Assembly: GCA_965153455.1 (NCBI GenBank)
Contig: OZ234494.1
Location: 3,534,001 to 3,598,000, forward strand
Reading direction: 5' to 3'
Length of the DNA: 64,000 bases
Origin: Sphagnum compactum
Taxonomy: Eukaryota
How positions within the stretch are numbered: the first letter of the stretch is position 1; each line of letters begins with the position of its first letter. The notes beneath the pieces were generated by a model. It did not search any database, was not told where the DNA came from, and saw nothing but the letters and a program-made list of their open reading frames with translations. The translations under genes and the position numbers were made by a program. Positions 51,456 through 64,000 of this stretch are shown piece by piece.

Positions 51456-54400
51456 TTGTCGAAATGTTCCATGATAGGCTAGTGTTCAATGATTGGACCA
51501 ATTTACCCTATCTATTTTTAAACAAAATAATGTAATTAATTGTTTTTTTGCCACACGTCATAATTTAACTTGCTGATTTTTATGATAATATATTAATGGC
51601 ATACAATAACATACATATGATGAAATATTTGTTAACCATTGACTTCATTCACACTTGTAACTAATGTTTTATGCAACGTGTTTAATACAATTAAATTTTT
51701 TTTAATAATCTTTTATAACTAAAATATAGTAACAAATGACAGTTATTTTTTGAATTTCCAGTTCCCGTCTATTGAACCATCAGAACTCAGTTATGGATGA
51801 AACATTTGACTGAGGTACCAAGGTTCCAGCCTATATATCCAGTATATAACTGTCCTACTTCCGCCTAGTGCACTGCCAAGGTTACTATCTATGTAAGTGG
51901 GTAGTTATCAAAGGTCAACTTAATTAGCCAGGGAATGTCAGTGGAGCTAGTCTGTAGCTAGGAAAGTAGGTAAGGCACACTTGGTGGGTATCAAGTAGGT
52001 GGATGGATGTAGTTAGCCTGGACATGGCTAATTACCACCCTCGTTAGCTATGGGACAGGAATTTGCAATGAAAAAGTGTTTCCTATCCACATACTATCAT
52101 CCATCCCGCATGGTGAGCTTGTGGGTGGTGGTGCACTCTAGGGGTAGAATTAATCATCTGAGCCAAAACCCACCACTAGTGCACCATCCTGATTACAACT
52201 CAGTTGTGGTTCACCCTTGCTTGGTAGCTTATTGTGTGATTAAAATCCTCACACTACCTCACACTAGATAGACTAAGGTTAGTCATAAATACATATATAT
52301 GTAAGTGGGTAAGTATCAAAAGATGACTAGCTAGGCAGAGAATGTAAGTGGTTACCATGTAGGTAGAGAGGGCACTTGGTGCTCACTGGGTAGCTGGATG
52401 CACTGTGGATATATAGTTCTAGTCTATTGCCAACCATTGTGGTTAAAGCTCTGGGATGCCAGGACAGAGCTGCCTTCTTCCAAGCTTCTCGACACACAGT
52501 GGAAAGCAAGCCAACATCACAGCCAGCTTTGGGACACACACATGCATCCACAACAAAAGATCCAACTGCTTTGAACTCGGACCTTCCGTGATCTTCTGCT
52601 GGTGGCCATCTTGTGTCTCATCAATTCTCGTCAAATCTCTTCAGACCAGAGACAGACTAATGTTGTAAGTACTGCATGAAAGTTGAAGCTGGGTGGGAAC
52701 TCCAGCACTCAACCTGCCGTAGTAATTTGGAAGATTCTCTAAAGGCAGCAGCTGGGATGATCATAAAAATAAAATATTAGGGGTACTGAATAGTAAGTCT
52801 ATTGGCATTTTGCTCAAGTGATCAATATGAAGATCTGATCAAAACTACTCCATATAGTAGAGTTAGGTTTGTAGCTTGGATGGGTGCCTTCATGTACAAT
52901 GGTTGTTGGGTATATCTGGTAAAGTACTGGGGGTCTTTGGTACTGAACTACCATAATATTAAGTCATCAGCAATAGAACTGAATTGGCAAGTTTAGTAAG
53001 TTGCATACTTAAGTGCTGCAGGATTAACTCTAGATGACTTAATCAACTCAAGGCAGATGATCATGGGTAACTTGCAGAACTTCAATCAAATTATAAGTCC
53101 CAGCAAGAACAGATGAATACTACACTCTAAAAAATTATGTAAGTTACTGTAAGATACCAAGAGATGTGCAGAGCTTTCCCAGACTTCATTTGAAACTGAT
53201 CAAAACCTAATTTGAACAATAAAATTAACTATGCAACATTTTGGAGAGAGATTATAATTCTGAGCTGGAGTTACCTACAGGGTGTTCGAAATTCTTGTAC
53301 CTACCACTACCACCTTGTCTCTGATTACTTTGCTTTCCTGGACAAAACAATTTATCCACAAGAAAAGAAAGTACATTTTATTTTTTGCACGTCAAATCTA
53401 CATATATAATATATTCTACATGCATGATGAAACAGGGTGTATAAGTTACCATGCTTAGATGGGCTTTATTTACTAGTTTTATCATCATTTCAAAGAGGTT
53501 TTGCTCAACCTTGAATTTGCAGAAGTATATATCTCTACAACCCATGATCTTCTCATTTGTTCTTGCAACAACTTTGGGTGATTGCAATTAGTTGTAAAGC
53601 CACTGAATTTGAGTATTCATGAAGCACAGGATTTTGCTTAAAAGTCAGTTAAAATATTTGGTATGTATTTCATTTAAGAAAAACTCTTGCATGACTATCC
53701 AGGCCCAGTGTCAGTGAGATATGAGCAGCAGCTGTAGTGCAAGTGTGATCTCTTTACCTTGGCCTTGAGCCTTTGGACATTAATAACTAATTGCTCATGG
53801 TTAGTGGTTACCTGCACGTGTGTATGCATAAACAAGTTGGAGATCAATTTTCTTCCAAATATTCAACACAAAACTCAAAAAGTCTACCACAATTTTGCCC
53901 AAGCTCCTACATGTATATAATACTAGTTATGTGGAGGAACTTGGGGCAAAATATCGACAGTATATTGAGTTATATAAGTTATTTATAATGGATCCCCTTA
54001 TTTATGCAATTATTTGTTTATGAAGTTGAGTTAAATGCTACCTTAATTTACTCAATATATTGTTGACCCTGATATTTTTGTACAATTTTAACTAATCTAA
54101 AATGCAGGTGGCAAGTCATGAGAGCGGCCATATGGATGTGAATTGTCTATGAAAACAATAGATGGACATCCAACATTGATAATTTAAACCTAGTTTAATA
54201 AATCTGGCCCCATGGTTTTATACTTTGAAACCATCTGGGTTTTATTATCATTGAATTCCAGCTATCATGCCCAGGCAAGCTTCACAGAGTCCACAAGACA
54301 AGATTATTAGATATGTATTAAAACTACTTAGACATTCCCTGGTCCTATTATCTAGCTCCCAGCTTTGGAAGTGGTCTCAAGGTCTTTCACCACCTTGAAT

Positions 54401-56499
54401 TAGGACATGACATATTAAGTAAATACTATTTAGGAGATGCAAATTTTTTGATGTCACATCAGTGTATTTAATAACAAACCAAATTTTTAGTTTGTGGTGG
54501 GTATAGAAAACCATGTTCACTTCAATGCGGCAAGTTGGGCAACTCAGGTGTTACATCCTTAAAATTTATTGGGACCCACACGTGTGTTCACACAAATGTA
54601 AAATATTTTGGAAAGTTGAAGTGCACTTTGGAAATATTTCCCTATTACATATAGAGAGATCTAATTATATTATCTGAAGGTCCCTAATTATAATGTAACC
54701 CCAACAACTTATTAGATATGAAAAGACATCACTATCAAACAATTGGGGATGCCATCATGGGATAGTGGCTACCATGAATGCTGTAATTATGATTTGGACT
54801 GTAGGGAAGGGTCTTCCTTAAACGCCAAGGAGAGCCCATGCCCCAACCCTAAACGGAAAAACAATCTCATTTGCAACAACCCTTTTGTCATGTCTTTCCT
54901 TTTTGTGACCCAACCACTCAATAGGAATTGAAGGGCAAATAATACAAAAGAGACAATCTATAGCAAAATTATCACAGTTTCAACAAGTTGCACAGTACAA
55001 ACGTGTTAACCATAATCCGTTAACGAAAGACTTTGTGCAAGCCTAATATGGATAGGAGATTAGAGAGTTTCATTTGCCACAAACATTAGGTTCTTAAACT
55101 ACGAATTTGAAATATTCACTATTATGAAATGATTTTAATTATCTTGATGATCATGTGTTTAACATCATCCCTCAAATAACATTGAAAAGAAATTCAATAG
55201 TTAAAATCCACTCAGACAATATATAATTTAGTATAACTAAGTGGATGGATATATTATTAAGCAATCTATCATCCATATTAAATTATATACATATCATATT
55301 CTCATAAAACCCAAGTGTGATTAGTATAGGTGGGAGGTACAATTAAGCAACGCCATCAATATTTAATCATAATTTCATCCCATCATATTCTCACCAGCAC
55401 CTTGAGATTAGTACGTGTGGATGTATGGTTGTTACGCAATATCAGCCATATTTAAAATTACACATAACACCCCATTATGTATTCCCACCAACATCCAAGT
55501 AGTGATTAGTACATATAAACACCTTGAAGCTGCTGCAGTTATTGAACTAGGGTAATTCATGGAGCGCAAAATTTAACCCTGTCAACAACACCGCCCATTT
55601 GATCCATAGGTCCCACTGTTGTTCATCTGGGCGTACTTGCTTGTAGATTGAAAAAATAAAATAAAATCACAAGTGCATTTGTTATGGACAAAAAACATGC
55701 TATCATGACTTAGACAGCTTCTATGAATTATTAGTTCAATTTGTCTACAACTCTTAATAATCCGTCCTGTACTACTACGACTACTAGACTACTACATTTA
55801 CATTTACGTCGTCCTCCAGGTCCATTGTGAATGAGTGAAGGTTGCGAGCATCGCACGCAAGCCCCAGGCCTGATTGTAAGTCGCTATTTCCAACCTTTGG
55901 AAACCTTGCATGCAAGCCCAGGCCCTAGGTGTCATCACTATTCAACCTTTGGAAAAAAAACCTGGCCCCAGCAGATGTCTCTCTCTGGGTACGCACCAAA
56001 TTGAAGCTATTCAGTGGTTGCCTCCATCCTTTTGAAAACGGGGAGAATATGTATTCACACGGTGGCCGCTGGGTTCGTGGATTTGTTTGGGCGGTGTGAA
56101 TGAGGGTAAATTATACAACGATGGATGGCAGCTAACGCACTAACTACCACCATGCGAGTACCCGGCGGGTCAGTGGTCGCTATCGGCCCCCTTTTAAAAA
56201 GCCGGCCGGGGGATGATCATTTCCCGGTGATCCCGGGTTGGTCAGTAGTCGCCATCCGTTGGAAACCCTAGAGCCAGCTGGGGTCCGGAATGGATGGATG
56301 GATGGATGAATGGATTGGATTGGATTGGATTGGATTGGATGTCCGGGCAAGCGCCTAGCGAAGGAAGGTAGACACAAGGCAGCAGGCCGGTCTCGAGAAG
56401 CTTTAAGAACTTTCCAACGGGTGCGGTGCGGGGCGGGTTGTTCTATTGGTTGCAGTGCGCTTAGTACAGTACGTGTATGGAACGACCAGAGAGGAGGGA

Positions 56500-57580
56500 G
56501 GGAGGGAGGGAGGGAGGGATGGAGGGAGCGAGTAATTAGAGAGGTCGTTTAAGCAAGCTCACTTTCTCTATCGTTTGCTCTGCAACAGATGATCTCCAAC
56601 TGCCTAATCACGATATTAAGCTTTGTAAGTTGTTTTTTTTTTTTCTCGGCTTTTCATGCAAACAAGCGACGTCTGTGATTTTTTTTGGGGTGTCGTCTCA
56701 TATGTATGAGCACTGATCACGTTGTTCTCTGTATTTTTTGTTGTTTGTTGTTGTTGTTGTTGTTGTAACTCCGGAGCTGTGCCTAGTTTTTTTTGTGACT
56801 TCTTCTCATATACATGTATGAGCACTGACCATGTTGTTCCATGTATTGTTTCCTCTTGTTGTAACTGCGGCGGCAGAGTCGACAGAGTCGACGAGTTTTG
56901 TACTTACAAGTAAGCCTTTGAGCAGTTAACAGTTTATGTCCTGTGGTTGCAGCTCCAGGCAGACTGCGTAGGCATAGCGCGCAGGGGAGCTCTGGAGGGC
57001 CGTGGGTTGCATTCAATTTGTGCTCTCTGAGATCTCATGCGCCGCAAGCAAGCAGAAATACATTGGTATATGAGTATTGTCAATCAACGTATACCTCTTG
57101 TTGATGTTATTCATGTCTTTTGGACTTGTAATTAGCATTCGAGCAGATGTCTTTTGGTCTTTTAATCTTTCGAGCAGTGAAAACCTGATTAATCAATCTG
57201 GTTGCAACTGCAGGAAGAGTTTAGGACACGCGGGAGTGAGTAATACTAGGGACGACGGGCATTTTGGGTTGCAGTCATGCTCTAGCCTTTTACAAGCCAG
57301 CAGCGAGAAGATTGCAAGAGTAGCCGAAGTCGAGCTTCCTCAAGTCATATTCGTCAGCCGCCTAGGACTGACCGTTGGGAAGTAATCTCAGATCTCTTCA
57401 GGTATGGGGTAGTAGGTAGTTAGTCTCATGCTGCACGTCCGGCAGGTGTGCCTTGCCATGCGTATGTATGTATGTACGTCCATACGCAGCTGCTGCTGCA
57501 AGTGTTTTACCCTTGCTTTCTTAATGTTTGAGCGTATAATTAGTGTTTGCAGGAATAGTAGTAGCAGCAGCAGCATATCG
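56500..57580 (+). promoter_or_regulatory. Putative spliced 5' leader of the 1025-aa gene
   Basis: GC-richer proximal region with (GGAT)n/(GGATT)n and (GGGA)n tracts at 56290-56527. Donor acaa|gtaagc at about 56909, acceptor ctgcag at 57213, donor cag|gtatgg at 57402, acceptor tttgcag at 57552. Confidence 0.4.
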
Positions 57581-60500
57581 ATGATGGAGAACAAATCGCT
57601 CAAAAGTGTTCAAAGCAGCCGCGGCGATGCAGGGCCTTCGCAATCGGCCTCCACTTCTTCTTCGCGACGACCAGGAGTAAGACTTTCTGCCATGCATGCT
57701 GCTGAACTGATCTGCCTTGTGGATGATATGCTGATGATGAGATATGTAAACTAGTCACGTTTCATGTCTCTCTGAAATCTCTACTCCGAATGGTGTTGTG
57801 TTTGATCATTTTCCACAATGCTGAAGGTGTAGTAGTGAAAGTCTAGATATTGTGGTGATGATTCCACATGAAGAGCATCATCTGTTTCATGTCTATTTCA
57901 CATCTCCACTTCTACTCCTCATGGTGTTGTTTTCAGCGCATGAATGGCGTTGTGGTTTGATGTTTGTCCACAATGCTGAAGTTGTGGTAGAGAGAATCTA
58001 GATATTGTGATGATGATTCCTCATGAAGAGGTGCTTCTGCATGAGCAGCCATTGTATAATATTGTCTGCAGATGTATATTCTGCTTCTTAATGCTTTCCT
58101 CTGGCATTGGAAGCTCGTAGAAATGGGTGAGCTGGTGGCAATGGGCCGCTTGATTAGACTCATGTTGAGATCTACATGGCTTCTAGGATTGATGTTTGGT
58201 CACGGTGCTGCTGCTGCAGAGTGATCAATCTAGCAGCTTCTAGCTCTGTTTGATTCTTTGGGTCATGATCATGAGTCACCACATACAATTACAGTTTCCC
58301 TCTGACTACGTTCATGTAAACTCTTCTTCTCCATAGCACTGGGAGCATCTCATTCCCTCACATTTGAGAAACTTATACTATGAGTTCTGCACATGTGTAA
58401 AATACAAGATATGCATTGATGAAGCTTCAGTTGCATGTGCAGCCTATGACACCCTGCTGATGATCATGTTTTCATGTTTATTTGTATTGTGATCAGTCCA
58501 TCCTTGATTCAGGATTGAGCTGTTCCACATGACCAGATCTATATTGCATGTTGAGATCTTTTCTATATATTGTGCTTGCATATCCAGCTGAGGAGATTTC
58601 TTGCTTAGATCACATGGTGCCTTAGAGGTCTTCAGATTGTCCACATGAATTATTTCTAATATGTAGTACCCTGGAGTAGTTAATTTCATCAAATGCACAT
58701 GAGGATCATGGTTCCTGCATGGGTGGATGCTCAGCAGTGGCACAGTTTCAACAGACTGGCCTGCATGTATGTCATCATTCTTAGACCCATCCTTGAATTT
58801 GACATCCTGAATGTATGTGTGTTACATTCATGACAGAAAGAAAAAATGGAGGAGGAGGAAGATCAGGATGACGTCTCAGGGTTTCGTGCTATGCTTCGTT
58901 TGCCGCCCTTCTATAATGTGCCTGCTGCAACTGATGATGATGATCATCAGCAATATGCAGCTCCTTATTCATTTAATCCAATGCCTCATGGTGGTTTGTG
59001 GCCATACCCACATGTGCCTGCTGCAGCAGCTCTGAATGATGAGCATCAAAATCTGGCAGCAGCTGATGCTCAGCAGCTCCCAGTGGATCTGCATGATCAG
59101 TCCAAGGATTGGGATTGCAGCTTCTGTTCCTCCAGTTTGTGGCCGTACTCACATGTGGTTCCTGCTAGTGCAACAGCAAGTGATGGTCAGGAGCCAGATC
59201 GTGATGATGCTCATGATGCACAATTGTGTGGTGGCCATGCTGAACATCAGCAGCTCCCACCGGGTCATCAGTTCAAGGATTGGGATTGCTGCAAGGGGGG
59301 ATATTGCTGCAGGTTCTGCTGCAGCTCCAATGGTGCAAATCATCATGTGGCCACGCATGATGATCAGCTGCCGGATCATGACTCGCATGACCACGACGGC
59401 CTGGCACAGCAGAATGATACTACTGCTGCTACAGACCCTATAGGCCCAGGAACAGGCACGAGCTTTGGAATCACATTAGGGATTCCGTGGGGTACGTTTG
59501 GAATGATTGTGTTCTGGACAACAGGACAGGAGCTACAGAGCCTAGTGGAGAAGGCAAGAAGGAATGACTTGCGTCTGGAAGTCATGGCGAGAGTACCAGT
59601 GGAGATGGATTGTCGTCTAGTGCAGGGGATTTGCAGAGGGGATTGGTACGCCTGCGTGAATGAGGAGAATGTGGTGACAGAGGTGTACAAAGTGGATGTG
59701 ATGGAGTCAGATGCGATAGCATGTGCCAAGTACAAAAGAAAGGTAGATCCCATCAGCGGCAGCGAACGGTCATATTGGGGAGGAGATGCCAACAAGTCCA
59801 ACGAGTTACAACGAGCATGCCGGGGTCTAGTGTCTTTGCCCAAGAGCAGACCCATGAAGAAGGCAAAAGTGGTAGTAGTCTGCGATGGGGAGGGGGAGAT
59901 GGCTGTAATCAATCCGGAGTGGACACCAAGCTCCAGATTGCGATTGTTTCTGCACGGCTCAGGTCTTGTAACCAACAGTGACCTTCAGGAAGAGTATTGT
60001 GAGTGGGTGTGGAACGATAACAGTACTGGATCAGCTTTAGATGAAGATGATAAAGATGAGGAGCTGCATCGCCTTCATTTCCACTTCATCGAGTACTGCT
60101 TCAGCGTCCTGGTGGGGTTCTCAAGTCAGCTGATTGACATAAGAGAATTGGGTGATCCCATTCCTGCCCACTTCATGCAACATGGCGCAGGTTTCCTCTC
60201 TGCGCCCGGATTCCCTGGAATCCCTGGAGTTAATCAAGAGTTTCCTGGAATTAGTCAAGTGGGTTTTCCTGGAATCCCTGGAATTACTGTACTGGGAATT
60301 CCTGTAATTCCTGGATTTAGCCCAATGGGATTTCCTGGAATTGGTCAAGCTGGATTTCCAGGATTTGGTCAAGCTGGACATCCTGCATTTCCTGGATTTG
60401 GTCAAGTTGGATTTCCAGGGTTTGGTCAAGCTGGATATCCTGCAATTCCTGGATTTGGTCAAGCTGGATTTCAAGGATTTGGTCAAGCTGGATATCCTGC

Positions 60501-61818
60501 AATTCCTGGATTTGGTCAAGCTGGATTTCCAGGATTTGGTCAAGCTGGATATCCTGCATTTACTGGAGTTGGTCAAGCTGGATTTCCAGGATTTGGTCAA
60601 GCTGGATATCCTGCATTTACTGGAGTTGGTCAAGGGTTTCCTGGAATGAGTCAAGTGCAGCCTCAGGGAACTGTTGATGATGACCATGCGCAGGAAACTG
60701 GTGGTGATGATGATGATGATGATGATGACGAGACAGTAACAACTTCCACACCTCTGTGGCAGCAGCAAGCCAGCAATGAAGCTTATAATGTCCTGGAAGC
60801 GACCACAGCGGAGGATGGGGAATGCAGTAACAACTTCGGTGGACTAGGGTTCCAGGATAATCAGCTGAAGCAGACTCTGCAATATTGTTCAGGGGAATGT
60901 TGTTCAGGCGAATGCAGTTACAAACGGGAACGCAGTAACAACAACGGACTAGGATTGCAGCTGCAGGATGATCAGCAGCAGCTTCCTCCTCCACAACAAT
61001 ATTGTTCAGTTTGCTCACCGCATTATCAGCAGCTGCAGATCGATGATGCCAATGAATTCCATGTGTTATGGGAGTGCACGGGTGCTCGGGAGATTTGGCA
61101 CGTGGTGAGAGAGGCGAGACGCAGACTAGGGTTGCCGAGATACTACGATGAATATGAACACATTACTGTTAGCTGGGTCCGCGGCGGAGCTGGTGTTCAT
61201 GCAGCAAACCAAGACTTAGCAGCTGCAGTTGTTGGTGACCCTATGCGATCATGGGATGTTCTGAGATCCAATTTGGTAGCCAATATCCGGCGTGAACGTA
61301 CTCAAATGAGGATTACTGGAGAGGGTTTCAACACGCAACGAGTGTTGTCTAGAGCATGGCAGGAGACCATCCTTACGGCGAAAGTGTACTGGAACTGTCT
61401 CCTGCTGCGGTTTTCTTGTGCAGCAGAACTAGAGGAGGAGGTGGTAGAACAAGAAGCTGATAACGATGATGATCAGTCTCATGCACTAGTACCCGTAATT
61501 GCTGCTGCTGGAGATCACAACCACCGCAGCCCTGCTCCAGCAAATCCTGCAATTCCACTTCCTCAGGCTGAAACCGCCCAGGTGCGTTACCATGCAGCTC
61601 TCGCCGTAGCATTTCACACTACATGGACTAGCGAGCGGTTCTTCGCACTCCGCATCGGCAGCATCACTGCTGCTCCTCGTTGGCAGCAAACTGTCCCTTT
61701 GAGTTTTACTTGGGCTTTTCACAACAGACCTGCCAATCCTCCTCCTGCTGCTGCTGCTGCTGCAGAGGCTGCAGGTGATGAATATTATGATGTTGTGCTT
61801 CCAGAGTCCTTGGACTGA
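57581..61818 (+). CDS. Uncharacterised protein of about 1025 aa with LINE ORF2 C-terminal (zf-RVT/CCHC-like) similarity and Gly/Phe/Pro/Gln repeats; 2 coding exons
   Basis: Uninterrupted 990-codon ORF 58846-61818. An upstream ATG exon 57581-57676 (32 codons, donor GGA|gtaaga) splices in frame to acceptor gacag|AAA GAA AAA ATG at 58837. Contains CSVC-x15-H-x4-C (CSVC...EFHVLWECTGAREIW) at about 61003-61098. LINE similarity is motif recognition only. Confidence 0.75.
60208..60650 (+). repeat. Coding tandem repeat, 57-bp unit (GFPGFGQA-GYPAIPGFGQA), about 5 core copies plus degenerate flanks
   Basis: Repeated ggatttccaggatttggtcaagctggatatcctgca, in frame within the 990-codon ORF. Confidence 0.9.
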
Positions 61819-61898
61819 AAACAACAACAACAACAACAGGGAAAACAAAACAAAGAAAACAAGGAATGTTGGTTTTTTGGTAGCAATGAGTCACAGCT

Positions 61899-62256
61899 TC
61901 TCACCAGTGGTCCCATATTTTGAGACATTCTCACCAGTTGGTCCCATATTTTGAGACATTCTCACCAGTTGGTCCCATATTTTGTCAGATTCTCACCAGT
62001 TGGTCCCATATTTTGAGACATTCTCACCAGTTGGTCCCATATTTTGTCACAATCTCACCAGTTGGTCTCATAGTTTCAGACATTCTCTCACCAGTTGGTC
62101 CCCATATTTTGAGACAATCTCACCAGCTGGTCTCATAGTTTCAGACATTCTCTCACCAGTTGGTCCCCATGTTTTGAGACATTCTCACCAGTTGGTCCCC
62201 ATATTTTGAGACATTCTCACCAGTTGGTCCCCATATTTTGAGACATTCTTACCACC
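61899..62256. repeat. 31-33-bp tandem repeat, about 11 copies, just downstream of the 1025-aa gene stop
   Basis: Unit ttctcaccagttggtcccatattttgagaca. Confidence 0.92.
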
Positions 62257-62274
62257 TGGTGTAACTTGTTACTG

Positions 62275-62450
62275 CGAACTGACTGTGTGAGTTCCTTTTT
62301 TGTTTGGGAACTTCAGGGAACGTTTGAGAGCTCTTTAATGTTAACTGTGAGTTCCATTTTTTAGGGAACAACTTCTGGGAACCTTGGGAGTTCTAATGTG
62401 AACTGTGAGTTCCATTTTTCTGGGGGAACTTCAGGGGAGCTTTGGGAACT
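62275..62450. repeat. About 60-bp degenerate tandem repeat, 3 copies
   Basis: actgtgagttcc(a)ttttt...gggaacttc(a)ggg at about 62282, 62344 and 62402. Confidence 0.6.
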
Positions 62451-64000
62451 TATTTCATCATTTATTTAAAACACTCATTTATTCTGAACTTTGTCATTGT
62501 TGGAAAAAAGAGTTAACTAGACTTCTATCTATGGATGCCTCTTCTTACCCATGGTTCAGCTGCTGGGTGTTTCCTAACCAGCTGCTGTGGTTAAGCTAGT
62601 ATATACTTAACCCAGCTTATAATTCACCATTGCCTCATTTTGTCCAAGTTATGTTCTCAAATTGAATTGATTCAAATTTTGAGGTCTTCATGAGATCAGT
62701 GTTTTCTTTTAGGGGGTGACTTTTTTTTTCTCTTTTTAACCTAAAAAAAATATGATTTCACACATACAAAGGATTTTCATCAAAAGAAAATAGCCCTAAT
62801 TTGCCAGGTTTCTAGAACAGGTTCCAGCAGGTAGCCAAAATTCATAAATTTTGTGAAATTTTATATCTGGTCTATAACCAAAATATTGCTATATCTTCTT
62901 GTGGATGATCACCAGTAGCCATCACAAAATAGGAATAAATAATAAATAGTAAATAATAATAATAACCTAAGTCTTTATCTGAAAAGACTTAGTTATATTT
63001 TTCACATTTTGGAACTCGGAATATAATTGTTGCAATGACGTTTCAATTGACAATTGTTATGTATACATATACATTGGTGAGTGAATTTAGTATTACCTAA
63101 TTTGAACACTCACTACTGAGCAAAGAAATCCTTCTCTCTCCCATTTGCATCAGTAGTAGTTGGGAAGTCCTAAACCCTAATAAGCCCTTTGGTCCTCAAA
63201 GGAAATATGTCCATCATGTGTAGTAGTAGTTCCCTAAAACCTAAACCCTAAACCCTAGGTAGAGTAGTTCATAGAAGCAGAGCAAGAATTATTCATTCAT
63301 ATTAAAAATGGCCATTTTCTCCCGACCACCCAATGCACCACCCCACTTGTTAAATCCATTCATCTATGGTCGCAAAACACGATATTTGTATGTGAAAATT
63401 TGATCTAGAGACAAATTCTCTAGAGACCATATTAGAAATTTGGCCATTGCCTATTATTGGAATTTTTGAAATTATATTTCAATTTGTACTATTGATATTT
63501 CTAAAATAAGTTGGTGCATAAGAGGGAAAAAAAATCAAATTAAATATTTGAATAAACTGCCAAAAGGACAAAAAAATGTAGATTTCAGATCTGAATAAGT
63601 TGGCAAAAAAATGGGGAAAAAAAATAAATAATCAGATTTTAAAAACAAGTTCGTAAAAGAGGGGGCTTAAATCATATTTTCAGATCTAGATAACTTGCCA
63701 AAAGAGGGGAAAAAATTCAGATTTTAGATTTAGCCAATTTGGCATTTAAAAAGGCCTTAGCCTTAGCCCTTTGCCTCCCTTTCTCCCCAATTTAAGGGTG
63801 CTTAGGGTTTTTCACAAGGTGGTTCAAAACTCACGACCTCTTTGGTTTAAATTTTTCAACTAACTTTAGGCTATACCTTAGGTTGTTTTATTTTAAGTTA
63901 ATATATGTTATTTCAAGTTATACTCTAAATTATTCAAGGTCATTCTATTTTATGTTATTATAAATTATTTTATCCTAAGTATAATAACTTAAAATAATCT

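Noticed and set aside
60121-60768. Antisense and alternative-frame ORFs over the GFPG repeat
   Set aside because: They are shadows of the stop-poor 57-bp coding repeat.
58846-61818. Active autonomous LINE
   Set aside because: No RT (YADD) or APE endonuclease motifs, ORF1, poly-A tail or TSD are seen, and the ORF is preceded by an in-frame spliced exon.
61899-62256. CRISPR-like 31-bp repeats and ORFs 61920-62209
   Set aside because: This is a contiguous tandem repeat without spacers, and the ORFs are repeat artefacts.

Overview
Eukaryotic, intron-rich plant nuclear DNA. The AT-rich intergenic DNA, repeat families and gene style suggest a moss, probably Sphagnum-like (inference). Three conserved genes could be spliced by hand with GT-AG introns in consistent phase: an acyl-ACP thioesterase (FAT, minus, 6 coding exons, 491 aa), a plastid bifunctional aspartate kinase-homoserine dehydrogenase (minus, 18 exons, 971 aa), and NAA35/MAK10, the NatC auxiliary subunit (plus, at least 16 exons). 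The last two lie head-to-head, with start codons about 760 bp apart. The most unusual element is a spliced gene of about 1025 aa (57581-57676 + 58837-61818). It appears built from the C-terminal, post-RT part of a LINE ORF2 (CCHC/zf-RVT-like knuckle, no RT or endonuclease motifs) interleaved with His/Cys/Asp-rich duplications and a Gly-Phe-Pro-Gln repeat, making it a candidate domesticated retroelement gene. The flanks hold two decayed hAT transposase relics (one full-length, with a 3.25 kb satellite-filled intron), a CACTA-type element, MITE-like pieces, a decayed ORF with a ParB-like motif and several tandem arrays. No rRNA, tRNA or CRISPR array was found.
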